A stretch of 64,000 nt of DNA from an uncultured bacterium (GTDB lineage: Bacteria > Bacteroidota > Bacteroidia > Chitinophagales > Chitinophagaceae). The stretch is taken from NCBI GenBank assembly GCA_966095395.1, contig CBHTSW010000016.1, forward strand, positions 12,113-76,112, written 5' to 3'. A program made the translations under genes and the position numbers. Shown here piece by piece: positions 10,039 to 20,769 of this stretch. Below the pieces are notes generated by a model that saw only the letters and a list, made by a program, of their open reading frames with translations, made no database searches and was not told the DNA's origin. The stretch's first letter is position 1. Every line of letters begins with the position of its first letter.

Positions 10039-10647
10039 ATGGCTTTTACCCTTCCCCCTTTACCGTATGCATTTGATGCATTGGAACCTCATATTGATGC
10101 CCAAACCATGCAAATACACCACGACAAACACCACCAGGCTTACGTAGATAACCTGAATAAAGCGATAGCCGGCAGTGAACATGAAAATAAAAGCTTGGAA
10201 GAATTGATCCGCAATGCCGGAAGCATGTCCCCTGCGGTTCGCAACAATGGCGGCGGCCACTGGAACCATAGTTTTTTCTGGGAAATTTTAGGACCTAACG
10301 CCGGCGGACAACCTACAGGAAGATTAGCCGATGCCATTAACCAAACCTTTGGCTCGCTGGATGGCTTAAAAGAAAAGCTGAATGCTGCCGGCGCTGGCCG
10401 CTTTGGAAGTGGCTGGGCCTGGCTGATTGTAAAAGACGGCAAACTGGAAATAAGCTCCACGCCCAACCAGGACAATCCCCTGATGGACGTAGCCGAAGTA
10501 AAAGGCACTCCTGTTTTGGGAATTGATGTATGGGAACATGCCTATTACCTTAAATACCAGAACAAACGTCCTGATTACCTGAAAGCCATTTGGAATGTCA
10601 TTAACTGGAATAAGGTGAGTGAACATTTTGAAAAGGCAGCGAAATAG
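10039..10647 (+). CDS. Fe/Mn superoxide dismutase
   Basis: Hallmark segments [19 protein letters not shown] and [11 protein letters not shown] verified at 10039. The metal type cannot be assigned by eye. Confidence 0.93.
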   Translation: MAFTLPPLPYAFDALEPHIDAQTMQIHHDKHHQAYVDNLNKAIAGSEHENKSLEELIRNAGSMSPAVRNNGGGHWNHSFFWEILGPNAGGQPTGRLADAINQTFGSLDGLKEKLNAAGAGRFGSGWAWLIVKDGKLEISSTPNQDNPLMDVAEVKGTPVLGIDVWEHAYYLKYQNKRPDYLKAIWNVINWNKVSEHFEKAAK

Positions 10648-10763
10648 TTGACAAGTTCAATCGTTGGCAAGTCAGCACCGATTTTAAAGAGTCTCAATTG
10701 AGGCTCTTTTTCTTTTGCAAGCACCCTATCATCAGCTTCCCAACCCATCAACTTATCCCCCAC

Positions 10764-10994
10764 TCACGGCACGGGATCATAACCATGCCCTCCCCAGGGA
10801 TGACAGCGGCTGACACGTTTGATGGTAAGCCAAAATCCTTTAAAAACGCCATGCTTTTGAAAAGCCTCCACGGCATAGTGCGAGCAGGTAGGCGTGAACC
10901 GGCATTTTGGGCCCAGCCACGGCGATATCACCCACTGGTAAATTTTAATGAGTGCAATAAAGGGAAGCGCTAATATTTTAAGTAGTGGTTTCAT
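10764..10994 (-). CDS. yidD: Membrane protein insertion efficiency factor YidD
   Basis: The [14 protein letters not shown]...[12 protein letters not shown] signature, and position immediately downstream of rnpA with a 17-nt overlap. Confidence 0.9.
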   Translation of the reverse strand: MKPLLKILALPFIALIKIYQWVISPWLGPKCRFTPTCSHYAVEAFQKHGVFKGFWLTIKRVSRCHPWGGHGYDPVP

Positions 10995-11385
10995 TAGCAG
11001 AGCTTGCTCTTTTTTCCAGTTTTTTTAAACATTGGCCCATGGCGGCTTTTATAACGTCAAAAGAGGCTATCGTCTTATCGGTGTACATAAAAAACAAAAA
11101 GGCCTGCAGGTTGTTTTGCTTTACGGCCTCCACCCATTCTGCTTTTTGAAGGCGGTACCCTTCCCGCAGCAGTCGTTTAATGCGGTTTCTGTCCACCGCC
11201 TTTTTAAAATGGCGTTTACTGACCGTAACCCCTATTTGTGCCAGGGGTTCGCCCTTGGCAGGAGAAAAACTATAGGTCACTCGTATGGGAAATACGGCAA
11301 AGCTCTTTCCTTCGGCAAACAGGGTTTCTATTTGCTTGCGGCTTTTCAGCTTTTCTTTTTTACCCAAACTAAAAGGCTTTGCCAT
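10978..11385 (-). CDS. rnpA: Ribonuclease P protein component
   Basis: Basic 135-aa protein with the [12 protein letters not shown] and [10 protein letters not shown] pattern, in the conserved position between rpmH and yidD. Confidence 0.85.
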   Translation of the reverse strand: MAKPFSLGKKEKLKSRKQIETLFAEGKSFAVFPIRVTYSFSPAKGEPLAQIGVTVSKRHFKKAVDRNRIKRLLREGYRLQKAEWVEAVKQNNLQAFLFFMYTDKTIASFDVIKAAMGQCLKKLEKRASSANETTT

Positions 11386-11470
11386 GTTTGTAAAATAACA
11401 AAAAGCCCCATAAACAGGGGCTATACGTTAAAGGCGGATCCTATGCACCCTTCAAAAGGGCTCAAAGGGC

Positions 11471-11626
11471 CTATTTTAATTTTTTCTCGTCGCTAATAGT
11501 CAGCTTATGACGTCCTTTTGCACGACGGCTGGCCAATACTTTTCTTCCATTAGCGGTTTGCATGCGTTTGCGGAAACCATGAACAGTTTTACGGCGGCGG
11601 CGATGCGGTTGAAATGTACGTTTCAT
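11471..11626 (-). CDS. rpmH: 50S ribosomal protein L34
   Basis: Hand translation of the minus strand gives [54 protein letters not shown] complement is at 11624-11626 and TAG complement at 11471-11473. It is absent from the track because it is under 60 aa. The position upstream of rnpA is the classical arrangement. Confidence 0.93.
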   Translation of the reverse strand: MKRTFQPHRRRRKTVHGFRKRMQTANGRKVLASRRAKGRHKLTISDEKKLK

Positions 11627-12019
11627 TTTAATTCTTTTTTTTCACGTTTACGAAATGGTCCCGGGAGAACAGGACTGGTTTCAGTTTACCCACAGGTCAC
11701 CACACCCGTTGGTTTTGTGAAAGGACGGCAAAAGTAGGGCAGAAAATCCAGATATAGAGAGGCCCCGCAAAAGAAATTTGGGCAAAAGCTGTTAAAATGG
11801 GGTATCCGGACCCCGGCTACGTATATCTATTGGGCCTGGCTGGCGTCGCCCCTCCTGTGCGTTCAGTAATTCTTTGAAGCACAGCGGAAGCAAAAGGTTA
11901 AAGAGAAATATGCTTTGGACTTTGAAGTTTTCTCTGCAAAGTGGCAAAGAATGTCACCGGCTAAATTTTGGTTGCGGCTATCCGACCAATATCATTTTAG
12001 ATAAAAATCGAAACGATCC

Positions 12020-12835
12020 TCACAAATCCACATGCCTTGCCTCCACTTTCTCCCCAAAAAACACCGTAGCCTTGTTGTCAAAATCTTCGGGTGAATCGGT
12101 TGTGTAAAACGCTCTTTTGCCCTGTTTGGAAATTTTTGCTTCCATCTCCGGGTGGCGGTGCAGGTAATCTTTCAGACTTTCCGCTACAATTTCTCCCTGC
12201 GATAAAAGCTTTACATGCGGCGGCAAATGCCTTTCGATTTTTTCTTTCAGCAAAGGATAGTGGGTGCAGGCCAGCAAAAGCGTATCGATCTCCTTGTTCT
12301 TTGATAGGATATTATGGATATGCTTCTGCACAAAATAATCCGCCCCTTCTGATGTGTGCTCGTTGTTTTCCACCAGGGGCACCCACATGTTGCAGGCCTC
12401 CTGTTCAATCTTCAGCGCAGGAAAAAATTTTTCTATTTCTATTAAATACGATTGCGATTGCACGGTTCCGTTAGTGGCCAATATGCCAATGCTGTTGGTT
12501 TTTGTATGCTTACCAATGATCTCTGTAGTAGGACGAATAACACCTAATATTCTTGCACGGGGATTCAGCCGCTGCAGATCTTTTTGCTGAATGGTTCTAA
12601 GTGCCTTGGCAGAAGCCGTATTACACGCCAGGATGATCAGCGGACAGTTTTGATGCAGCAACCATTCCACGCTTTGCAAGGTGTAGCGGTAAACAGTTTC
12701 AAAACTCCTTGTTCCATAGGGCGAACGGGCATTATCGCCCAGGTACAAATAATCATATTGCGGCAGGGTCTTTACAAATTCCCGCAACACCGTTAAGCCG
12801 CCGTATCCCGAATCAAAAACACCAATAGGACCCAT
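12020..12835 (-). CDS. murI: Glutamate racemase
   Basis: Motifs GVFDSGYGGLTV, ILACNTAS and LACTHYP. I moved the start to ATG 12835 (MGPIGVFDSG) instead of the longer track ORF. Confidence 0.92.
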   Translation of the reverse strand: MGPIGVFDSGYGGLTVLREFVKTLPQYDYLYLGDNARSPYGTRSFETVYRYTLQSVEWLLHQNCPLIILACNTASAKALRTIQQKDLQRLNPRARILGVIRPTTEIIGKHTKTNSIGILATNGTVQSQSYLIEIEKFFPALKIEQEACNMWVPLVENNEHTSEGADYFVQKHIHNILSKNKEIDTLLLACTHYPLLKEKIERHLPPHVKLLSQGEIVAESLKDYLHRHPEMEAKISKQGKRAFYTTDSPEDFDNKATVFFGEKVEARHVDL

Positions 12836-13018
12836 AGAGAGGTAAGTTGGAAGTACGAAGATAGATGATGGATGACAGATGATAGAAGGGCCACACAGAA
12901 AGCCTATCATTTCAAAAGCAATCCGGTCAATCCAAGACCAAAAACCCGTTCATCTGCGGTCAAAAAAAATCCCGCTTCTTTTGAAAGCGGGACACCTATT
13001 TCTCTGAGGTCGGAAATC

Positions 13019-13576
13019 TTATTGTTTTTTACCCGGCGTGGTTGCCGCACTTGCTTTAGGAGCGCCCGGAATGGTGAGATTCAGCTTTTTAGCCACCAGC
13101 GGAAGTAAATCGTCTGCCGGAGGCGCTACCAGTAAAGCGTCTTTTGTATATACATAGGCATAGCCATTTTCTTTAGCCACGGTTTGTACCGCACCAATGG
13201 CTTTTGTATAAATAGGCTCTAATAATTGGTCTTGCTTATTTTGCACTAATTGATTGGAAAGTTGCTGCCAGTTTTGCAATTCGTACATGTCCTGCTGCAT
13301 TTCTTCACGCATTTTAGCACGGGCGGCGGCTGGTGTTTTCAAAGAATCTTTTCCATTAACAATGCTGTCCTTGCGTTGAAACTCCGCTAAAGTATAATTG
13401 AAACGAGGCTGTAAAGAATCTTTTTGATAGGCTTCCAAAGCAGCTTGTAGTTTGGCGGTTTCCGGCATTAAACGTACTACATCATCTACCCTGATATAAC
13501 CTGTTTTTTGTGCGGCAGCACTGCCTGCCATTGTTACAATAACCGCTGCAACTAAAAAGATTTTGATCTTGTTCAT
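13019..13576 (-). CDS. OmpH/Skp-family periplasmic chaperone
   Basis: Signal peptide, a coiled-coil-rich 185-aa protein, and position downstream of bamA in the conserved cluster. Confidence 0.8.
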   Translation of the reverse strand: MNKIKIFLVAAVIVTMAGSAAAQKTGYIRVDDVVRLMPETAKLQAALEAYQKDSLQPRFNYTLAEFQRKDSIVNGKDSLKTPAAARAKMREEMQQDMYELQNWQQLSNQLVQNKQDQLLEPIYTKAIGAVQTVAKENGYAYVYTKDALLVAPPADDLLPLVAKKLNLTIPGAPKASAATTPGKKQ

Positions 13577-13659
13577 GAGATTGTTTTGTGATGTTTAGTT
13601 ATGATTCGTTTTTAATAATTATGGTTGTATATGAAAAGGCGTTTTTGCAAATATTTTTT

Positions 13660-14172
13660 TTATTTCACTCCCAACTCTTTCAGCACATCGTCGCTTTTTT
13701 CCAGTTTGGGGTCGGCAAATATAACCGTAATTCCCTCACTTTTATCCAGTATGAAATCGTATCCTCTTTGCACGGCTAATTTTTGCACAGCGTTATAAAC
13801 CTTGTCCTGTACCGGTTTTATCAATTCCTGTCTTTTTTTAAAAAGATCGCCTTCAAAACCAAAGCGCTGGCGCTGCAGGTCCCTCAATGTTTTTTCCTTT
13901 ACAAAAAGCTGGTCTTCCCTTTTCTTTTTCAGTTCGTCGCTCAGCATTACTTGTTCTGCATCAAAATCTTTATACATCCTGTCCAGTTCCTGCTGCATGC
14001 CGTCAATTTCTTTTTGCCAGCCAGCGGCTATATCATCCAGGCTTTTTTGCGCTGTTTTGTATTCCGGCATTTTGTCCAGAATATATTTTGTATCAATAAC
14101 CGCATAGCGCTGGGCATGGGAAAAAGCCACAAGTGACAAGCTGCAAATTGCAAGAAGAAAGAACTTTTTCAT
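13660..14172 (-). CDS. OmpH/Skp-family periplasmic chaperone (second paralog)
   Basis: Signal peptide, 170 aa, a charged coiled-coil pattern (KKREDQLFVKEKTLRDLQRQ), and position between bamA and the other skp-like gene. Confidence 0.8.
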   Translation of the reverse strand: MKKFFLLAICSLSLVAFSHAQRYAVIDTKYILDKMPEYKTAQKSLDDIAAGWQKEIDGMQQELDRMYKDFDAEQVMLSDELKKKREDQLFVKEKTLRDLQRQRFGFEGDLFKKRQELIKPVQDKVYNAVQKLAVQRGYDFILDKSEGITVIFADPKLEKSDDVLKELGVK

Positions 14173-14250
14173 ATTCGTTGTTTTATCTGAGCAATCAAGT
14201 TATTAAAATCTCTGGGATCATTCTGTTAATCTCTGTGCAATCTGTGCTAC

Positions 14251-16977
14251 TTATTCCGGCTCAAATCCAAGCATGAAGGTAAATCTTGTGGCATTCTTGA
14301 ACCGGTTCGTTCCGGGCTGCAAACGATCCAGGCCTACCCCATAGTCGAACCCAAGCAAGCCAAACATCGGCAGGAAGAAACGCATACCCACACCCACACT
14401 ACGGCGCAGGCGGAAGGGGTTATAATCTTTAAATCCATACCAGCCGTTGGCCGCATCAAAGAACGTTAATCCATAAATAGTGCTGCCCGGATTGGTAACC
14501 AAAGGATAACGCAGTTCCAGCGAATATTTATTGAATATGGTAAAGAACTTATTGGTACTGGTTTGATCCGGGTTATTTACAGAAGGGTCAGACGTTTCAA
14601 ACACCGGGTAACCACGCAAAGAAATAACATCGTATCCCAACAATCCATAACTGTTGGTCAGGCCATCGCCGCCCAGCTGGAAACGCTCAAATGGCGATAC
14701 CTCAAGTTTACTGTTATAGCGGCCCATAAAGCCAAACTTGGCGGCCAGCTTTAATACGAACTGGCGGTTTTTATCCGCGCCGGTTGGTTTACCAATAGGC
14801 ACAAACCATTCTGAGGTAAAGCGCCACTTATGGTACTCGGGGTTTTTATACGGATTACCGGAGGTAACCAAATCAGGATTGAGTAAAGAATAGGGTGGCG
14901 TTAACTGCACACTGGCCACAAAGTTGGACCCGCTTCTGGGGAAGGTAGGATCATAAACGGAGGAGCGCTGCAAGGCCAGTTTGAAACTGATGTTGTTGGA
15001 TGTACCATTATCAAACCCGGAGAAAATGGGATAATTGCGCATGCTATACTTTGTATAATTCAAAGAATAGACAAGGCTGAAAAAGTCATCAGGCCATTTT
15101 AATTGCTTACCCAAAGACAGCGACAAACCAAATGTTTTTAAATAATTGGTATCGGACCTGGCCTTATCAAACTGGCCGGTCATATAATCATAGGCATTGG
15201 AGAATTTGCTGCGATAAAGGGCAAAAGTCAACGAGTTGCGTTTTTTACCTCCCAGCCATGGTTCGGTAAACGAAAAATTATAGGAGTTGTAGGCACGTCC
15301 GTTGGACTGGTAGCGCAAGCTTAATTTCTGTCCATCGCCCTGCGGCAAGGGATCCCATGCTTCTTTTTTGAAAATATTATTGAGTGAGAAGTTGTTGAAC
15401 GTAACCCCCAGTGTTCCTGTTAAACCAACACCGCCACCCCAGCCGGCGGAAAGCTCCAACTGGTCGGATGATTTTTCTTCCAGCTCCCAGTTAATATCCA
15501 CGGTGCCGTCAGACTGGTCGGGCACCACGTTTGGATTAATTTTTTCCTGGTTGAAATATTGAAGGTTGCTCAGTTCTCTTTGCGAACGGATCAAATCGGT
15601 ACGGCTGAATAATTCACCCGGCAGGGTCCTTAGTTCGCGGCGGATCACATGGTCTTTTGTTTTTTCGTTACCGCTGATGGTAATGTTTTTATATCGCGCC
15701 TGCGGGCCTTCCACAATACGGATCTCGTAATTAATGGTATCGTTATAAACCGATGTTTCCACCGGGTCGGCGCGGAAGAATAAATAACCCTCGTCCTGGT
15801 ATAAGCTTCCGATATCGCCGCCTTCCATGGTGAGCTGCTTGCCAACACGCTTGTTCAGGATATCCAGGTTATAAACATCTCCTTTTTGAATCCCCAGGAT
15901 GGCCGTTAACACCGAATCAGAATATTTGGTATTTCCTCTCCAGGTAATATCGCCGAAATAATATTTATTTCCTTCGTTTACTTTAACATCTACCTGCAGG
16001 TTACCGTCTGCATTGTAATACAGGGCCGTATCCACCACCTGCGCATCACGATACCCCAAAGAGTTGTAGTAGTCCACTACGCTTTGCAGATCTTCTTCAA
16101 ATTTCTTCCGGTCAAACTTGGCACTGCTGAATAATTTGAAACGAAAATAGGGATCCAGTAAGGTTTTTGTTTTTGAAAGCGAAAGGAAACCATAATCTTT
16201 TACATATTCGCCAAAGGTCAGCGACTCGTTCTCACCAAAAGGGCTTGGTGTTTTCACCGGGTGCAGGGTAAACTTGCTTTTTTCCTTGGTTCCCTTCAAC
16301 TGCTTTTTCAAACGCAGGTCGTTCACCGTTTCATTTCCAAAGAAATTCACCTCATTGACTTTTACCTTATTGTTCTTATCAATGTAAAAGGTCAGGGAGT
16401 TGGAGTTAACAAAATTAGGATCAGGCTTTTCTTCCACACGTACCTGAACATTCATGTAGCCTTTTTCTGTATAAAACTTTTTTATGGCTTCAATGGCGTT
16501 GCGGCGGGTATTTTCGGTAATAATGGTTTGCTTTACCAAACCGGCTTTTCCCTGCAACTCTTCGGCTTCAGATTTTTTAATACCGATGAATTTGAAATTA
16601 CCCAGCTTTGGCCTTTCCTGCACATTCACTTCCAGATCGATTCTATCGCCGTTAACGGCTGTAATAAAGATCTGAACATTGCTGAAAAAACGCTGGCGCC
16701 ACAGGTTGGCAATTGCTTTTGAAAAAACATCGCCGCCGGGCAACATTACTTTATCGCCCCGCTGTATTCCCGAAATAGACAAAACGATGGCCGTATCAAG
16801 CGTGGTAAGACCGGTTACTTTGACTGAATTTATGGTGTATTCTTTTGGTACTCTTGCATTTTGCAGGGCCAGAAGATCAGGATCCACAGCGGTTACTGTT
16901 GTATCCTGAGAATGCGATGTAACAGCTATGAAAGCACAGAAAAATAAAGAGAAGATTCCGGATAAATATCGTTGCAT
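14251..16977 (-). CDS. bamA: Outer membrane protein assembly factor BamA
   Basis: 908 aa with a signal peptide, a POTRA-repeat-length N-terminal half, an Omp85 beta-barrel C-terminal half, and synteny with uppS and skp. ATG verified at 16975-16977. Confidence 0.9.
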   Translation of the reverse strand: MQRYLSGIFSLFFCAFIAVTSHSQDTTVTAVDPDLLALQNARVPKEYTINSVKVTGLTTLDTAIVLSISGIQRGDKVMLPGGDVFSKAIANLWRQRFFSNVQIFITAVNGDRIDLEVNVQERPKLGNFKFIGIKKSEAEELQGKAGLVKQTIITENTRRNAIEAIKKFYTEKGYMNVQVRVEEKPDPNFVNSNSLTFYIDKNNKVKVNEVNFFGNETVNDLRLKKQLKGTKEKSKFTLHPVKTPSPFGENESLTFGEYVKDYGFLSLSKTKTLLDPYFRFKLFSSAKFDRKKFEEDLQSVVDYYNSLGYRDAQVVDTALYYNADGNLQVDVKVNEGNKYYFGDITWRGNTKYSDSVLTAILGIQKGDVYNLDILNKRVGKQLTMEGGDIGSLYQDEGYLFFRADPVETSVYNDTINYEIRIVEGPQARYKNITISGNEKTKDHVIRRELRTLPGELFSRTDLIRSQRELSNLQYFNQEKINPNVVPDQSDGTVDINWELEEKSSDQLELSAGWGGGVGLTGTLGVTFNNFSLNNIFKKEAWDPLPQGDGQKLSLRYQSNGRAYNSYNFSFTEPWLGGKKRNSLTFALYRSKFSNAYDYMTGQFDKARSDTNYLKTFGLSLSLGKQLKWPDDFFSLVYSLNYTKYSMRNYPIFSGFDNGTSNNISFKLALQRSSVYDPTFPRSGSNFVASVQLTPPYSLLNPDLVTSGNPYKNPEYHKWRFTSEWFVPIGKPTGADKNRQFVLKLAAKFGFMGRYNSKLEVSPFERFQLGGDGLTNSYGLLGYDVISLRGYPVFETSDPSVNNPDQTSTNKFFTIFNKYSLELRYPLVTNPGSTIYGLTFFDAANGWYGFKDYNPFRLRRSVGVGMRFFLPMFGLLGFDYGVGLDRLQPGTNRFKNATRFTFMLGFEPE

Positions 16978-17211
16978 ATAAAAAGTTCAGTCAGTAATGC
17001 AATTAGTAAAAATCGCAGTTTGGCAGGCAAATTAACGGTAAATTTCAATCGGTTTTGTTAAAAGAAAGCTTTAATAGCCTAGGTTTTAGGGTTCATAGAA
17101 GAGTCTTTTATACGGTCATTTATTTCTTATTACTAAAAGTGTGAACCCGGGAAACTGCGCTCAAAACAGATTGTGCCAAGTTGGCCACCGCTATTGACCA
17201 GGGTTCATGGT

Positions 17212-17964
17212 TTATTGACTTTGCACTACCTGTTCACTGGTCTTTCCAAATCTTCGTTCCCGGTTTTGGTAATCAAGCAACGCTTCGTACAAATTCTGTT
17301 TTCTGAAATCGGGCCAGCGCACATTGGTAAAGTAGAGTTCCGCATACGCTAACTGGTAAAGCAGAAAATTGCTTATGCGGTATTCGCCGCTAGTTCGTAT
17401 CATTAACTCCGGATCGGGAAAACCGCTGGTGCACAAATATTGTTCTAATGTTTGATGATCGATCTGTTCCACATTCAACAGCCCTTTTTTTACTTCCCAG
17501 GCTATGTTTTTTACCGCGTTCAAAAGCTCCCACCTGCCGCTGTAGCTTAACGCCATGATAAGATTAAGGCCTTTGTTATGGCCTGTGATCTCCAAGGCCT
17601 CGTTCAATTCTTTCCGGGCATATTCAGGCAGCATGTTCATATCACCGATCACATGCAAGCGAATGTTGTTTTTATTGAGGCTTTCTACTTCATTACGGAT
17701 GGTGGTTACCAGCAGTTCCATCAAACCGATTACTTCGTACTGCGGACGATCCCAGTTTTCCGTAGAAAAAGCATACAGGGTAAGGTACTCTATTCCTAAT
17801 TCCGCACAGCCTTCTACAATATTGCGAACGCTTTCCACGCCATGATAATGGCCGAAAAGCCGGTCCTGCCCCTGCTCCTTTGCCCAGCGGCCATTGCCGT
17901 CCATAATGATGGCTATATGGCGGGGCAGGCGGTTTTTATCTATTTGTTCTAAAAGTTCAGACAT
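17212..17964 (-). CDS. uppS: Isoprenyl transferase (undecaprenyl diphosphate synthase)
   Basis: HIAIIMDGNGRWA and the RTSGEYRISNFLLYQLAYAELYF signature segments. Confidence 0.93.
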   Translation of the reverse strand: MSELLEQIDKNRLPRHIAIIMDGNGRWAKEQGQDRLFGHYHGVESVRNIVEGCAELGIEYLTLYAFSTENWDRPQYEVIGLMELLVTTIRNEVESLNKNNIRLHVIGDMNMLPEYARKELNEALEITGHNKGLNLIMALSYSGRWELLNAVKNIAWEVKKGLLNVEQIDHQTLEQYLCTSGFPDPELMIRTSGEYRISNFLLYQLAYAELYFTNVRWPDFRKQNLYEALLDYQNRERRFGKTSEQVVQSQ

Positions 17965-18141
17965 TAATGTTAATTATCAGCTTATCCGGTTACCTACCCG
18001 AAGGGGTTCCGGCGTACTGCAAGTTTAAGGGTTCATAAGTTGTGCCATTGCAAAAATAATCATGGAACGGAAGGTTATTAAAAATAAAAGCACAGATACC
18101 TCTCTGTGCTCATTTATTTTTTTCAGGCAATCTAAAGTTTT

Positions 18142-18984
18142 TTAATCGGCCGAGGGGCACCTGTATCCCTGGAGGTTCAGGCTTACATAGAACATAGCGG
18201 TTACAAACTGGTCCTTGTTCTGGCTGTTTCCCCTTTGTCTTCCCTTCACACCAATGCGGTCCCCGGTTTCATACGACCGGTCGGAAAGCAGGTAGGCCGG
18301 GTTGGGGGTTCCATCCGGGTTAGGAGGGAAGGCAGAAGGATCCACATAGGTTTTGCTTACATCATCGAGGTAGTCTGTCCGGGTAAAGCGGTGCACTATT
18401 TCAAAACCAATATTGATCCGGTCATTGATGGCATATTTCACTCCTACGCCGAAGGGAATCGCAAAAGCCATGGAGCCGTATGGTTTCCGGTCTTTGAATG
18501 TTGTATCGTACTGGCCTTCTGTGCCTAACTGGCGAAGATTGTATTTCTGCCCGTTCAAGTAGGCATAAGGATCATAATTAAAAGCACTAACGCCAAAGGT
18601 TATATAAGGTGTAAACCTGAAATCAGGGTCGCCGGGCATAAAACGGAAAAAATTGAAATCGCCCTGCAAACCCAATTCCCAAACATTGGTGTTGAAACTG
18701 AGGTTGCGGCGGCGCATGAATTCATTATGCGTATTGTAAACATCGGAATAACCCAGTTGCGCAAAGTTTCCGGCCACACGCAGGGCTATATAATTTCCAA
18801 AATTTTTACGGAAGAAAATACCGGCGGCCAGCTTGGGGCGGTTCAGTTTTGCACGGGTATTCAAATCGCCAAAATAATGGGCGGCACCAATGCCAAATCC
18901 AAATTCTCCTTCCTGCACCACAGAGTTTTGGGCAAAAAGGGCTAAGGGCAAGGAAAAAATAACAACGGCCAGTAATTTTCTCAT
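18142..18984 (-). CDS. Outer-membrane beta-barrel protein (DUF6089-like)
   Basis: Signal peptide, an alternating beta-strand pattern rich in G/F/Y, and a C-terminal region typical of small OM barrels. The family name is from memory. Confidence 0.6.
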   Translation of the reverse strand: MRKLLAVVIFSLPLALFAQNSVVQEGEFGFGIGAAHYFGDLNTRAKLNRPKLAAGIFFRKNFGNYIALRVAGNFAQLGYSDVYNTHNEFMRRRNLSFNTNVWELGLQGDFNFFRFMPGDPDFRFTPYITFGVSAFNYDPYAYLNGQKYNLRQLGTEGQYDTTFKDRKPYGSMAFAIPFGVGVKYAINDRINIGFEIVHRFTRTDYLDDVSKTYVDPSAFPPNPDGTPNPAYLLSDRSYETGDRIGVKGRQRGNSQNKDQFVTAMFYVSLNLQGYRCPSAD

Positions 18985-19053
18985 AACTGCAAAATAAGAT
19001 TTAGGTCCGATTTCTAACGCAAAATTGATTTATTTGGTATGATTGACCCGAAT

Positions 19054-19932
19054 TTAATTCCGCTTATCCAAACCCCAGGAAAGCTTGTTACGCAGGGTTT
19101 GAAGGAAATTATTTTCGTTTAACCGCACCAGGTTGAGCATAAAATTTTCTTTACGAACCGCCAGCAACACATTTTTATCTACAATCTCCCGCCTCGAGTC
19201 CAGGGCACAGATAATATAATCCGCACGGCTTTCCACTTCAAAAGAAATGATCGTATTGTCCGGAATAACAATAGGGCGAACGTTTAAATTATGCGGGGCA
19301 ATGGGGGTCAGTACCAGACTGCAGGCATCGGGAAACACAACCGGGCCGGCGCAGCTCAATGAATACCCTGTAGACCCTGTTGGGGTGGCCAGTATAAGGC
19401 CATCGGCCCAATAGGTATTTAATAACTCCCCGTTCAGGTAGGTATGGATCTTAACCATGGGTGATGTATCCCGCTTGTGAATGGCAAATTCATTCAGGGC
19501 ATAAGGCACATCATTAAATAAAGGAATGTTGGAATCCAGATGGATCAGGGTTCTCCTGTCAATAATATAGGAGCGCCGCGCCAGTGCTTTTACGGCATCG
19601 GTCAGTTCTTCGCGGCCTATGCTTGCCAAAAATCCAAGACGGCCAAAGTTGATACCCACCACAGGAATATTTTTATCCCTGACCAGCGTTACGGTGTCCA
19701 GCAGCGTGCCGTCTCCGCCAAGACTGATGACAAAATCTATTTCATTGGTCAGCTCTTCATGACTTGAAAATGTTTCAGAAGTTTCGGGCAGGGAAAAATG
19801 CGGTTTGATCTCGTTAAAGAAAGGCTGGAAAATAACCGGCACAATGCCTTCCTTATAAAGTTCATCAAAAAACGATTGTATGTATTGCTGCTGGGTAGAA
19901 TCCAGCACCCTGCTGTAAATGGCTACCTTCAA
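19054..19932 (-). CDS. nadK: NAD+ kinase
   Basis: GGDGT motif ([11 protein letters not shown]), the downstream [31 protein letters not shown]-type segment, and 292 aa. Confidence 0.9.
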   Translation of the reverse strand: [292 protein letters not shown]

Positions 19933-20080
19933 AACATATTTTTTGTGGTGAAAATTTTACAAGTTCACAGGCTATTGAACTTACCGGGTCGTAACGTGTG
20001 CATGTAAATATATATTGTTTTAACCTAAGCAGGAAGAGAAAGCAAGTATAAAAACAATTCCTTTATAAATACTGAAAGAA

Positions 20081-20752
20081 TTAGATTTTAAGGTAATTCA
20101 TCAGGTTATCGTAATTGGTGCGGAGCTCATTTTCAAAAAGCTCTTCTCCAAAATAATATTTCACATTGTACTCAAATCGCTGAAAGGTGCTGATGATATC
20201 CGAAACCTCCAGTTTGCTTATCCTGATCGTGATCTGGCTAATGCCTGTTTCCGGGTCTGTAAATGTATTCAGCTGCGTAATTTGCGCATCGTTTGATTCC
20301 ACGATGCGGTTGATCTCATTAAATGAATAATTCTTGTTATCCATCTCCAGCACAATCAAGGCACCAGGCTCGTTAAGGCTCATAAAGTTGGAAGCATTAC
20401 GCAACAGATCGTTGTAGGTAACAATACCCAGCAATTGCTTTTCTTCCACTACAGGCACAACGCTTAATTTATTAAGCACGGCTGTTTGAATGGCTTTTAA
20501 AAAATGGTCATTGGCCTGTACCGAAGTGGTACCATCCGTAATAGCCAGTTCATCCAGGGTATTTTGATCATCGCTTTGCAATAATTGCTCTTCACTGATG
20601 ATACCAAGATAGCTGTCATTTTCCACTACAGGCAAATGCGCTACATGGTAGTCGTTCATTAGCTGAAGCGCATGATAAACTGTATCTTCTTTATGGAGAT
20701 AAGGTATAGAGTTCGATATGAGTTCACGGGTTAACATAGCTAACGGTTTCAT
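20081..20752 (-). CDS. CBS domain-containing protein
   Basis: Two CBS-like repeats (HVAHLPVVENDSYLGIISE and KLSVVPVVEEKQLLGIVTYND) followed by a small C-terminal domain. Confidence 0.75.
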   Translation of the reverse strand: MKPLAMLTRELISNSIPYLHKEDTVYHALQLMNDYHVAHLPVVENDSYLGIISEEQLLQSDDQNTLDELAITDGTTSVQANDHFLKAIQTAVLNKLSVVPVVEEKQLLGIVTYNDLLRNASNFMSLNEPGALIVLEMDNKNYSFNEINRIVESNDAQITQLNTFTDPETGISQITIRISKLEVSDIISTFQRFEYNVKYYFGEELFENELRTNYDNLMNYLKI

Positions 20753-20769
20753 TATAAAGACAACCGGCC

